64,000 nt of DNA, taken from positions 1 through 64,000 of the forward strand of contig NIVC01000941.1 in the NCBI GenBank assembly GCA_002269645.1, read 5' to 3'. The translations under genes were made by a program, and so were the position numbers. Below are positions 13,486 through 25,000 of this stretch, one piece after another (position 1 is the stretch's first letter; each line of letters begins with the position of its first letter). Source of the stretch: Macrostomum lignano (Eukaryota). The notes under the pieces were generated by a model. The model was not told the origin of the DNA and did not search any database. It was given only the letters and a program-made list of their open reading frames with translations.

Positions 13486-14902
13486 ATGGAGAAACAACGT
13501 GTTTACAACTGGATATAATCCGAAAGCCTCAGGTGGGTCGGTTGTACAGAATTATTCAGGAATATAAAGTAGTTTCAAATGTGCGAATATTGCTTATATT
13601 TCAGTGAAAACCTGCCCATCGGGATCGAAGGCAAAGACTGTGAAGCGCCTTGTATGTGGCTGTGCCCCCGCTTCGGGATCTCAGAGGCTTGGTTCTTTGG
13701 TGATTGTTGTCGACACAACGGGCAGCATGAGCAGTGTTTATAAATCTGTCCGCCGTAGCATTTCAAGGATTTTGTCGGCAAACAGGCGGTTCCAGAATTT
13801 TGTTGTTTCAAGCTACGGGGATCCTTATAAGCGGCACGTCATTCGAACAAAATCCATTTCGAGGGTTCAGCGATTTCTCAACGGGCTTAAAATTAGAGGT
13901 GGTGGCGATTGTCCTGAGTATTCAATGTCTGCCGTGATTGACGCGGCGAAATTGGCTGATAAAGATTCTGTTTTGCTTCTGTTTACTGATGCATCGGCTA
14001 AGGACCGCAGTTTGACGTCTAGTGCAGCGAAGTTGTTGAAGTCGAAACGAATTCGTTTTATCGCAATCGGCAGCGGTCGTCTTTGTGGCCGCGGTGCTGA
14101 GTATGATGTTCTCGCGAAAAATACTGGTGGACTGGTAGCCAAGTTGAACCGTCGAGTTTCCGATAAGGTGACAGTTGAAATGGTATCTCTGTGACTGTAC
14201 TTTTCCTTTCATTTTACATTATAACGTATTCGGATTTTTTAATTTTTAGGTGATGAAACTAATTGAACTAGCAGCTAAAGGGAAAATGAGCTTCAGTGCT
14301 TTCCCGAAGAATACTCGCGATCTTGCTAATGCTCTGAGAGGAAGTAAGTTTTTAATCCGGGTTTATTGCTTCTACGAGCTATTTCTTATATTTTGTTGCG
14401 GCTGACGCTGCTTAAAGTTTCCAAAATTATTTTCAGAATGCCCGTGCCGAACCGTGACGCGTCATATCTGCGCGATGCCACATTCAGGTGAGAGTCTGTA
14501 ATAGTCTTTATTCGGGTTGTGCATGTTAAGATTCTATGCTCAAAGGTTAATTTATTTTGCGGCTTTAGCGTCAGTGGTAATTAGATTACTTTCCTTTTAC
14601 TTTAACAGTATGATTTTTGTTCATTTTTAGCTTCGCTTGGGTGCTTCCTGGACGATCCCAAGTACCCAGACTTCTCGGTTGTTGCTGGCCGGGGCAAGAT
14701 GACAGTGTGGAAGTGCAACAACCTGTGCAAAGCTAAGAAGTTCTCGTATTTCGGTCTAAAGAACGGCTCGAAGTGCAGCTGCGGTGACAACTACGGAAAC
14801 AGTGGCGGTGCAAAAGAGTCCAAGTGCAACAAACGCTGCTCTGGAAATTCCAAAGACAAATGCGGCGGCACCGCGACCAATAGCGTCTACAAAGTTGACT
14901 AA
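1..14902 (+). CDS. Multi-WSC / vWA / WSC protein, probably secreted; 5' end lies upstream of the window
   Basis: Phase-1/phase-1 exons with GT..AG: <1-155, 402-706, 860-1156, 1404-1708, 2276-2869, 3201-3497, 3743-4048, 4201-4497, 4743-5047, 5615-6208, 6542-6838, 7085-7390, 7543-7838, 8086-8391, 8960-9553, 9887-10183, 10430-10735, 10891-11187, 11435-11740, 12309-12902, 13236-13532. Then 13605-14167 (vWA), 14250-14343, 14437-14487 and 14631-14902 (WSC, TAA). Each domain has the WSC pattern GC(F/Y)xD..C..C...Y.YFGxQ.G..CxCG..CxG....CGG.W.N.V(Y/F). Spliced junctions read through cleanly (SK-AAGVKY, KSFK-TPGMSH, KPVR-LPGLKH). 25 complete WSC domains plus 1 partial in the window. ATTAAA at 14989-14994. 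Four exon copies carry 1-bp deletions. Confidence 0.93.
13605..14167 (+). CDS. vWA domain exon (hemicentin/VWA7 type) of the WSC gene
   Basis: LVIVVDTTGSMSS (MIDAS DxSxS variant DxTGSM), GGGDCPEYSMSAV, LLFTDASAKD and YDVLAKNTGG match the hemicentin-1/VWA7 vWA motifs DVTGSM, GGGDCPEMS, VFTDA and YEEIASTSSG as recalled from those families. Confidence 0.88.
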
Positions 14903-16058
14903 TTAAGATTCAATTTACACTTGTCAACTCAAACGTTTAGGTGATGGTACAAAAGACTTGAGCAACTAAAATCACTAGAGATAAATACATTAAATACAAA
15001 ACAACCGTCTATTACATTACTGGTTCCGGTTATTGCTTCGAATTGTTTGAACGCAAAAAGATTTTTTGACTTAACAGTGCGGCCGCAATTTGAAACCCCT
15101 CGGAGCCTGATAGCTCGCAGTCGGGCATTACAACGCCAGTAAAATTAGCTGGCTCTAAACCCGTTTCATACTGGAAATATTTTGATTTTGCTATAAAAAT
15201 TCAATATTTTGAAACTAGTTGATATCATGTAGGTCGTCATCAAACTCCTGTGAAACGATCGAAACTGAGTCATGCATGTGCTACACAAGGATGAATTATT
15301 AGCCCGTTCCTCGCCCCAAATCGTGAGTGAGTTGTTGAGAACTCAGGCTTGCGTTGGGTTGGTCTGAGTCTGCCTTACTGCAGTATAATTCACTTACTGT
15401 AGCTGTTTGCACCGGGCTGCAGCACAGAGTTTTCTCACAGTGCACTGTGTGCCAAGGCAGTCCAGCGTATGCTTGGACCAGGGACGTTTTAAGTTAGACA
15501 TCTGGATAGGCGGCGAATCTGCGATTTGGTCATTGTAGTACAACTATAGGAATTAATAATTACATTTACAGAGCATCCAGATTCATATTATCGCTGATTG
15601 CGAGCAGTTTATTGAGCATTTAAATGAGTCAGAAATTCTAAATATCAGATGCAGAGCTGCCAAGTCAATGCAGAACTTCGTAAGGTGCTCACTATTATAT
15701 TTTAGTGAATTTCTTGCAATACAAATGGGCGAAATTCCGGTGCCGAGAGTAATAGAAAGAATGATAAAGCTCCAGATTCACTCTATTAATACTCCCTGGT
15801 TGTGCGGCTGAGTTTGTGCTTCGGACAAAAAACGATGTAAAAATGCGAAGTCTTGTGTGTACAGAGGGTGCAGAGGGACACAGAGAAGGGGGCGTCAACA
15901 TGAGGGGTGGAGGCTTGTCAGAGCCGAGCAGAAAAGCGCGTGACACGAGGGCAAGGCAAAAAGACAGAGGCCACACTTCTTTCGGTTTGTGCAAGTCTCA
16001 CTGCGCTTCTTTCACTCTTTCGTTAGCGCATAGCAGCGCTCAGAAGAAACCAAGTTCG

Positions 16059-19000
16059 ATGCCAGGCCGCGCCAGCGCGCTTTTCCTCATCGTGGCCTCC
16101 TTGTGGGGGGCCTGCTCTGCGGCTTCGATTCACGTTGGTAAGCTTCCTCTTCTTCAAAGCTTTCACAGGGATTCATTTTCACACTAAATTCAATGGAATT
16201 CACTGGAACTAGTGACTCCAACTTCAGGTGTTAGCGATCAGCAGAGCGTGCTGGACGAATTTGCGGCTATGAACAGCAGTCAGTTGAGCAGCCTATTTGG
16301 AAACCATACCGTGACCTTTAAGCCAATCAACGTGCCTTCGGGAAGGACTAGCGCAGATATTACAACTTGTGAGAGCTCTAACCAAAAATAATTAAGGTTG
16401 CTCATTTTACTCGTCATCTTCCCTCGCAATTTACCTTTGTTGTTTTGGGGTAGTTCGTGCATTCGTGACACAAGTGAAAGTACGAGCTAAAGACTTTGCT
16501 TACTTCAATAAAGGTCGCACATTCCTCTTCTTTGATAAAAATATAAATCAGTAGCCATAGCCACAGTGGCCGTAGCTGGTCTTTGTGGTGCAGTTCTGAC
16601 AAAACCGACCCTCTTTCAGTTGTAAACTCCATCCGAAGCGAGTCATTCAGCCTAGTAATCGGCACCTTCAACGAGTTGCTCGCGTCTGCCTGCTCTTTTC
16701 TGACAATCCCATTCTATTCGCTGAGCGAGAAGACGCTGGACCCGGCGCTAACTTCTTCTAGCTACCTGAGCGACAGCACGACTCTGCTGGCAAATGCTCT
16801 GCTGGATGAGCTGATGCTAGCTTCTGTTAACCTCACGACTCAAGTCGGAAAGCGAGAAACCATCGTCATGCTCGTTGACGATGTTGGAGCAAGTGAGTTT
16901 CACCGGGTCCGAACAAATACTCGTAGCTATGTTGAGCTTCCGCGACAACTAAGAACCAAAGCATTGTACCTCAAGCTAAGTGCAGGGTCTTTTCTACTCA
17001 CAACTAAAAATCAAAGCATTGTACCTCAAGCTAAGTGCAGGGTCTTTTCTACTCACAACTAAAAATCAAATCATTGTACCTCAAGCTAAGTGCAGGGTCT
17101 TTTCTACTCACAACTAAAAATCAAAGCATTGTACCTCAAGCTAAGTGCAGGGTCTTTTCTACTCACAACTAAAAATCAAATCATTGTACCTCAAGCTAAG
17201 TGCAGGGTCTTTTCTACTCACAACTAAAAATCAAAGCATTGTACCTCAAGCTAAGTGCAGGGTCTTTTCTACTCACAACTAAAAATCAAATCATTGTACC
17301 TCAAGCTAAGTACAGGGCCTTTTCTACTCACAACTAAAAATCAAAGCATTGTACTTCAAGCTAAGTGCAGGATCTTTTCTACTCACAACTAAAAATCAAA
17401 GCATTGTACTTCAAGCTAAGTGCAGGTACTTCAAGCTAAGTGCAGGATCTTTTCTACTCACAACTAAAAATCAAAGCATTGTACCTCAAGCTAAGTACCA
17501 TTTGCTTCACTGCTCTCAATCTTACCCGCAGGGCTCAACATCCTGTTTGAGAGGAACATCACGCTGGAGTTTCGCATATCTGTGGTGAACTCCAGCAATA
17601 GCCCGGAGATTCGACAGCAGCTGTATGAAACAACTCTGTATTCACCTGTAGATTCCACTGTCTACATGATTGTCTCAAAGCAGCCCGGGTTCGCGTCGAG
17701 CATCCTAAAAGAAGTATGATATAATCTAAGTTAGAAAATAGGCAATTTAAATGTGCATAAAACACAGAACCACTTTTTCACAGACATCCTTTTCTCTCAT
17801 AGAAAGGGGTATTAAAATAAATATCTTTAGCCATAAAGCAATAAAATGTTTTTGTTTTTGGCCAAAAAGTTAGGATCAAATGTGAATACAAGCTAAAATC
17901 GCGAGTTTTTCCCTATCCTTTTTGGGAGTTATTGGCGGATATTAGCCAATAAAGGTCTGTTTTGTCTGCTTTTGGGGGACATAATGTTGAGACTTTTGCA
18001 TCGGTGTTCTGCTGCATGAATAATGGCTTCTAAAAACGCACCTATGTTTATATCCTCGAGTCATTAAAAAACTTTGGTTGCGTCAAAATCAGGTCCAAAA
18101 CTCGTTTTAACTTGTATACGAGCTATTTGCATATGAATCCTGTGTGACGAAACGAATGTGTTTCGATGGAATCAAAGTTTTATTGAAAAACAACCTTTGC
18201 ATCTTCATGCAGGCTGTATACCTCAGCATGTTGAAGAGCTCTGCCATCTGGATCGTTCCGGAACTGGTAAAACTGCTCAATTGTATTAATTTTTACTCAG
18301 ACATGTTTCGTGTATATATACTTTTTAATGTGCTCCACTGCCTCTATGCTACAGTTTCTTGATCAAAGCGAGATTCTCCCCTTCTATGCCACGGGAGCGA
18401 GCATCATCACCTTCCGGCTGCCGAACCCTGCAATCGCTAATGATGCCCAGCTCAACATGTCCCTGGCTAGTGACGTCATCTCTCACTTCATCGCCAGCTA
18501 TGAGAAGAATGTCACTAACGCCACTATTATGGAAAAAATTTTCATGGTACGCTCATCATTTTTTTGAATGCGCGATGCAAAGAAAACCCAGAATCTCTTG
18601 TGATCTATTTTGATAACGAGTTAGTACCCAAGGACCAATCAATTAGAAAAACACGAAACTACGGTCCTTGGAAATTTTTAGGAGGCAGGTTTTACCGAAA
18701 AAATACATTACGAAGAATGGAGCTTCTTTTTTTGTAAGCAAAAAATGTAAATTTCTTTTGATAGCAGACAAAATTTTCCTATTTTGATACGACTTAACTT
18801 TCTAATAACTCAATTGACATTTGTAGAGCTTTTTGTTTGAAAAATTTGAATTCTATGTTAATTTGATGTTTATGTCCTACCATAAAATTAAATGGAAATA
18901 AATTAAGGTATATCAAAAGTTAAAAATTGGGTCTGCCTTCTACTAAAAGCAATTACAAAATTTTGCTTACAAAATGAGAACTTCCATTCTCCGTACTGTA

Positions 19001-22000
19001 TTTTTCAGTAAAACCGGCCTCCTAAAAGTTTCCAAGGACCGTAGTTTCCTGTCCTTCTACTTGACTAGTCCCTGTCAGTACCACGATTCAGACTATTGAA
19101 GCATCCCATCACTCTGAGGGAGAATCTGGGAGACTGAAATCGCAGTGACTTTGTCTTCCTGTTGGTTGCCAGCTGCTTCTAAGACACTTCTACCCATCTA
19201 GCCATAAATGAAAGTCTTGCAGGCCTCAGATGTCACAATATACTCACCGTTTCGCTTGTTGCTCCGCAGACAACCACCGTCGGATCAGTGTCGATAATGC
19301 ACTTTAACTCGGTGGACAGACGTCTGGACATGTTTGCTGCTGATCTGATGAGCGTGGATTCTGGCTCGGCGACAAATCTGACGCTGGTAATTCGGACACT
19401 TAATTTGCCAGCTGCATTTTCAAACTTTAAATCACAATAATGCTATGCATATGTGAGTGTCTGATTCGGCCAAGCACTGGAAAGTGGGATGTCAACTGCA
19501 GTTGGAATGGAGCCAGAAGTTTAGCTCTGGACCAAACCGACTGCAATGACCGGACCTAACGTGCCCGACCAGTGCACAGGCTCGCTGGGAATTGAGTTAT
19601 TGATTGCAGTCGGTTTGGTCTCGAGCTTTACTTTGTACTGCATTCTAGAGCCTGAAGTTCGACTGAAATCCAAAGGAAGCAATTTGAATGGGGTGTCTCG
19701 GTGTTTCTACCGGTAGTCTTTAGTTGCCAGAGTTAACATTCCCTTTACCGATTACTTCTGTTCTATATTTGAGCTGAAACTGAATCAACTTGTTCTGCTC
19801 TGCAGTACGCCACGTGGAACGAGTCGGTGTCAAACAGCCTCCCGTCCTCGAGAACGAAGGAAACTCTGAAGTTGCCGGTGCTGCGCCTCGCCGGAGATTT
19901 GGTAAGTGAATTTCGCATTGCTGCAAGAATTGAGTTTAAATCAGCTGATTTATTGGTTACAAGCTGTTGAAACCCGCGGATTTTGAACCCGGGGAATTCC
20001 AATACCCGGAACTACTTTTGCATGTATTCTGAAATCTAAGGCCATACACAAACAAAAACTTGTTAATAGTTAGGAATTTAGGATAGAGTTAAACATAAAA
20101 TAGAGTACATTCGTGTACAATTAGTATTTAAAGCAAACATTAATATTGTTGGTTGGGGTGCTGCACAGAATGTCAGGCAAACTCATGGCCTCTGCCTCTC
20201 CTTGTGTCCCTTGGAAGTTGGATCCTTAGAAACTTCTATCTTTACCTTTTCTTCTGTTTTCTCTCTTCTCTGGTCTATGGTCTCTTCTCTCTCTCCTCTA
20301 TCCCCTCTTCTCTCGTCTATTCCCTCTTAATAATTTCTCTCCTCTCCTCTCCTCTCTGCTCTCTTATCTCTCCCTTTCTCCTGTTTTATCTCTTCCTATT
20401 TCTCTCTGCTCTCTATTCTATCTTCCCTCTGCTCTCTACTCTCTCTTCTCTCTCCTCTCTACTCTATTTTCTCTCTGCTCTCTACTCTCTCTTCCCTCTC
20501 CCCTCTTCTCACTCCTTACTCTACCCTCTCCGAACACTTCTCCTCTCTCCTTTCTCCTCTCCTCCCTCCTCTGTACTCTGTACTCTCTCGTCTCTCTCCT
20601 CTCCTCTCCTCTCTTCTATCGTCTCTTCCTTCGCCTCTCCTCTCTCGTCTTTGCTCTCTTATCTATCTCTCCTTTCTCTTCTTTTATCTTTTCTCTCTTA
20701 TCTCTTCTCATTTCTCTCTGCATGCTCTCTACCTCTATCTCTCTCTCTCTCCTCTCCCCTCTCTCATCCTTTCCCCTCTTTCCCCTGTCCTCTCGATTCT
20801 CTCCCCTCCCCTCCTCTTTCTTCACTCACTTCTCTCTCTCTCTCTCTCTCCCTTTGTCTCACCTTTCATCTCTCATCTCTTATTTCTTATCTATCCTTTT
20901 TCTCTACTCTCCCATCTCTCGTCTTTGCTCTCTCAGTCTTATCTTCCCTCTCTCATCTGTCATCTTTACTCTCGTATACTCGTATGTTCTCACCTCTCTC
21001 CTCTGTACTCTTCTCTTTCCCCTCATCTGACTCCTCTCTCCTCTTTCCTCTCAGATATCGTGTTCGCTCTCATCCCCTCTCTTTTCTGTCATCTGTACTC
21101 TCCAATTTTCAGTGTACTCTTCTCTTTACCCTCTTCTGATTCCTCTATTTCCTTACTCCTCTTCTCTCTACTATACTCTCTCCCCTCTATTCTCTTCTCT
21201 CGCCTTTCTGCACTCTGCTCTCTCCTCCTTCATCTCTCATCTCTACTCTCTTCTCACTCTTGTCTACTCTCCTCTGTCATCGATCCTGTCTCATCTCTCC
21301 CATCTTCTCTCTCCCTCTTCTCACTTCTACTCTTTCCTCTCTCTTCTCTCTCTTCTCCTCTCGCTTCTTACTCCAATATTATCTGCTCACTCCTTATCCT
21401 TACCCCATCATCTCTCTTCTTGTCTTCTATCTTTTCTCTTATCCTCCTCTCGCTTCTCCTCTCTTCTTATAGTCTATTGCTTCTCCTTTTAACTCTCATC
21501 TCATCAGCCATGAGCTGCATTCTTTATCTGGCATTTGAGGTTAAAGTCTGCCAATCCCCGCTTCGAAAGCGTTTGTGGGACGTAGTACTCTCATGGTTGT
21601 TATGCTTTAATCACATCATATTTCTGGCCAATTAGCAGCCCTGAGAGGAATTTGTGTATCTCCCTCCAGCCCAGCTCCACCAGACCACCACCACTCTGCA
21701 GCAGTCTAACAACCAAGGAAATACGTATTTCTTAGGAGCCATTTAAATTTTAAAGTACCTTATGCGAATCTTAATGTTAAAATTTTCATGGTGTAACTAA
21801 TTTAGTAGGATTGCATTGTAATCACTACTAATCAGTTATTAATTTTTCGCTTTTACAAACCATCCCATATCGCCTTGATTTGCCATCCACTGTTAAACTG
21901 CTGCAGACTTGTCTATACAGAGGACACTGGTTTGAATCTCTCGCTAAACTGTCATGGCTAAACGTAGCCTCTCCACGCGCGGGGTGCGGAGAAGGCTATT

Positions 22001-25000
22001 AAAAAGTTATTCCAAAACACTGTAGATTCGCTATGTACATTGAGCCCTATCGCCTGACCCTTCGTCTGGGCTGGGGGAATGAGTGAGTGAGTGGCACAAA
22101 CAACAGAAAAAGCAGACAAACTTCACATGCTTACAGTTTCCGTCCTGATTGAGATATCCGTCCTAGTTGAGACTTTACATGTAGGCAGATAATGAGTCAA
22201 TAAAGAATAGTGTCAAATGTGAAGTCAATCGCTTCACGTGGAGCAAAACTATGGCAGCCGAAAGTTAGGCATTTTAAAACCTATTCACACCCTTTGCCCA
22301 GATCGGGAAAGAGAGGCAGGCGGGTGGAGGTTGGGGTAGGGATTCCAAAATCCCGACATTTTACAATCCCGGGATTGAATAGTCCCGAAATCCCGATGCT
22401 GTTGAAATCCCGGGATTCAAAATCCCGGAATCCCGGTGCTTTTGCAATCCCGGGATTAAAAATCCCGGGATTCGATTCCCAAAAAAATCCCGGGATTCAA
22501 ATCCCGGATTTTTGGCCCCAATCCCGGGATCCCGGGATCCCGGGATTGGAATCCTAAGACGGACTGTGCGGCGTGCCGCGTGCAGTAGTCATGGTCTCGC
22601 GACTCTCAGAGTCTCAGGGCCTTTTCATATTACCAATTCCAGAACCAGAATCGGTTTGGAATTCCAAGAAAAACAGCAGTATAACTATTAAACTCTGTTA
22701 ATATTTGACTGCCTTAACAGCCTCACTTTGCACGATTTTTCACTTTCTTTTTGGCGACTGTCATTCAATGATAAAAACTTTATAGCACGTATCTCCCTCT
22801 AGTTATGGAGACAAAAAGTTATACTTCACAAATTGGTTCGGTTCTGGAACCAGAACAAGCACTATGAAAAGGCCCTCAGTCTCGTCTCGTGGTGGAAAAC
22901 GAAAAAAAGTTAAAATTATCTATCATTTACAGTTCACATTAACAATTTTTAGCTCAATTAGGACAGGAGCTTTGCAAAATGTTTAACGTTTCATTGAGAA
23001 ACAGCAAAAACAAATAAATGTTTTATTATTCAAATAAACGTTTAGACTTTAAATTATCTAATTTAGGCATTGAAAGGTTGTTCTAATCCCGGACCAATCC
23101 CGGGATTAAGGCCTTGAAACCCCGGGATCCCGATCCCGGACTTTTGCAATCCCGGGATTGGAATCCCAACCGTTGGGGTGGCTGCCTCGCTGAAAAAAAC
23201 AGCCTAACTTTAAAAGTGCACAGCGGCTTTCAGGATTAACTTTGAGACTCGAAATTTTACATGATTGTGCCAAAATAGTTTAAGATTATCTGTGTCAAAT
23301 TTGAAGCGAATCGGTAGAAGTGGAGCGGCGCTATGGGGGATTTAGTGAAAAAATCGCGCATTTTGAGCAGTTTTTTGTACTTTTAGGTAGGAAGACTTGA
23401 GTCTAGGAAATTTAAAGGTAGCCTAAGACATTCTCCGTAGTAAGTTTAGGGTGGGTGTAAAGTTTGGTGTCATTTGGTTTAGCGGTTTGGGAGTCCATAG
23501 CGATCAAAATTGTCCACACACAGACAGACACACAGAGTTTTGATTTTTATAGGTAGAGATTTGCTCAGGTACACTCAATGCCGTAACGTCAGCCTTTTTT
23601 CTCAGGGCACTTTCATCTTTTAGTATGCTATGAGCACATTAGCTAATATGCGACTTCGACATCGTGTGCCGTAAATTCTAATCAAGTGATGCAACTTGTT
23701 CCTCCCCGTTAGGTAAAGCCTTACCTGATGGGAGTGTCTGGTGGATATTCTGGCTACAGCATTAGTGTGCTGGAGAAGATCAGTAAAGACTTGTTCACTT
23801 ACGACCTAACCAGCTTGAAGCTTGGACCCAACTACTTTGAGTTGGTCCAGAAAGGGGTGAGATGCTGCAGCAAAGTTTTTCGCATTCATTTCTTTAATAT
23901 TTTGTCAGAGCCAATAGAATAACTAGATATGTCATTCGCAATAAATGTAGTGTAAAAAAACTGGGTGCCCATCATCATGAGCCTCCTACTCTATCCTTCA
24001 ATTGGGCGACGAGTGACTGGAAGTTTTTGAGAAACATATCGTCAGCCCCGCCCTACTGGGGGTTACCTCTCATTCCGCCGAAACGCGTTTTGCCGGAAAG
24101 GTCATTTCACAACCCGCGACGGAAAATTATTGCTCTATGGGTGGGACGCAGCTAAGACAGTCGAGAGATGTCTATGATCTAAAAGCGAATTCGCACATAA
24201 GAGCAGAAAATCCTGCTGTGCTCGCTTTTAGAGTAGAAGATAAACTCGTAATAACACTGAGAGCACCATGGCTCAAGCAGCTATTATACGAGCTGAGTGT
24301 ATATCTTCCATCTATCTACAGTATCGGTCTGATACGCTCGTGGTTAGAAACTATTGACCTTTTCGGCGAAATGCGTTTCGGCAGTACCCCCCCTACTGGG
24401 GGTTGTGGGAGCTTCAAAAGCTTTGAATATTCCAAAATTAAAACCATTTATTTCCCTTTTATGGTTAAAAAAGCGACTACATCTTTTTTAGACTGAAAAA
24501 CATAATCGGCATTGAAAAAGCCACCCTAGAGAATTGGCAGAAGTGGCGGTTTTCAATGTTGCCGAGTATCAGATGAACGCATTTTTCGGGAGTGACATAC
24601 CCAGTTATTCTAGTATCTGTGGTTTCCATAAGCACAACACTCAGCTCATTCGCTCCGTAAACCTTAGGAAGCAGACATGACAGTTAACCTGGTGGAGCTG
24701 ACAACAGCCCATATCAACGACACGCGCGTCTCATTTAGTGAGGTCCCATTGATGAGCAGCGGTGTCGCCGCCATGGGAAGATCGGCCATTAAAGAAGTGG
24801 ACTTCCTCAGCCCCTTGTACCCGCTCACATGGAACGTTTGGTTCGCCATTATCGCAGCCTTCATTATCTTGTCGGCCACGCTATACCTGACGGACAAGAT
24901 CAGCCCGAACGACTACAAGCGACCGAAATTCAGCGTTGCCAAGGCGGCCTTTTTTGTTTATTCCTCATTCGTAATGTCGAAGCTGAAGTCCTCGGCAGTG

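Noticed and set aside
16957-17497. Minisatellites as CRISPR arrays
   Set aside because: Units are contiguous with no unique spacers, there are no cas genes, and the context is a eukaryotic intron. The same applies to all other arrays.
19092-19145. Extra iGluR exon (TIEASHH..)
   Set aside because: Weak donor and phase mismatch; the flanking exons already join in frame.
20153-21635. 328-aa and 236-aa Leu/Ser-rich membrane-protein ORFs
   Set aside because: Translations of a CT-rich tract that lacks stop codons by composition.
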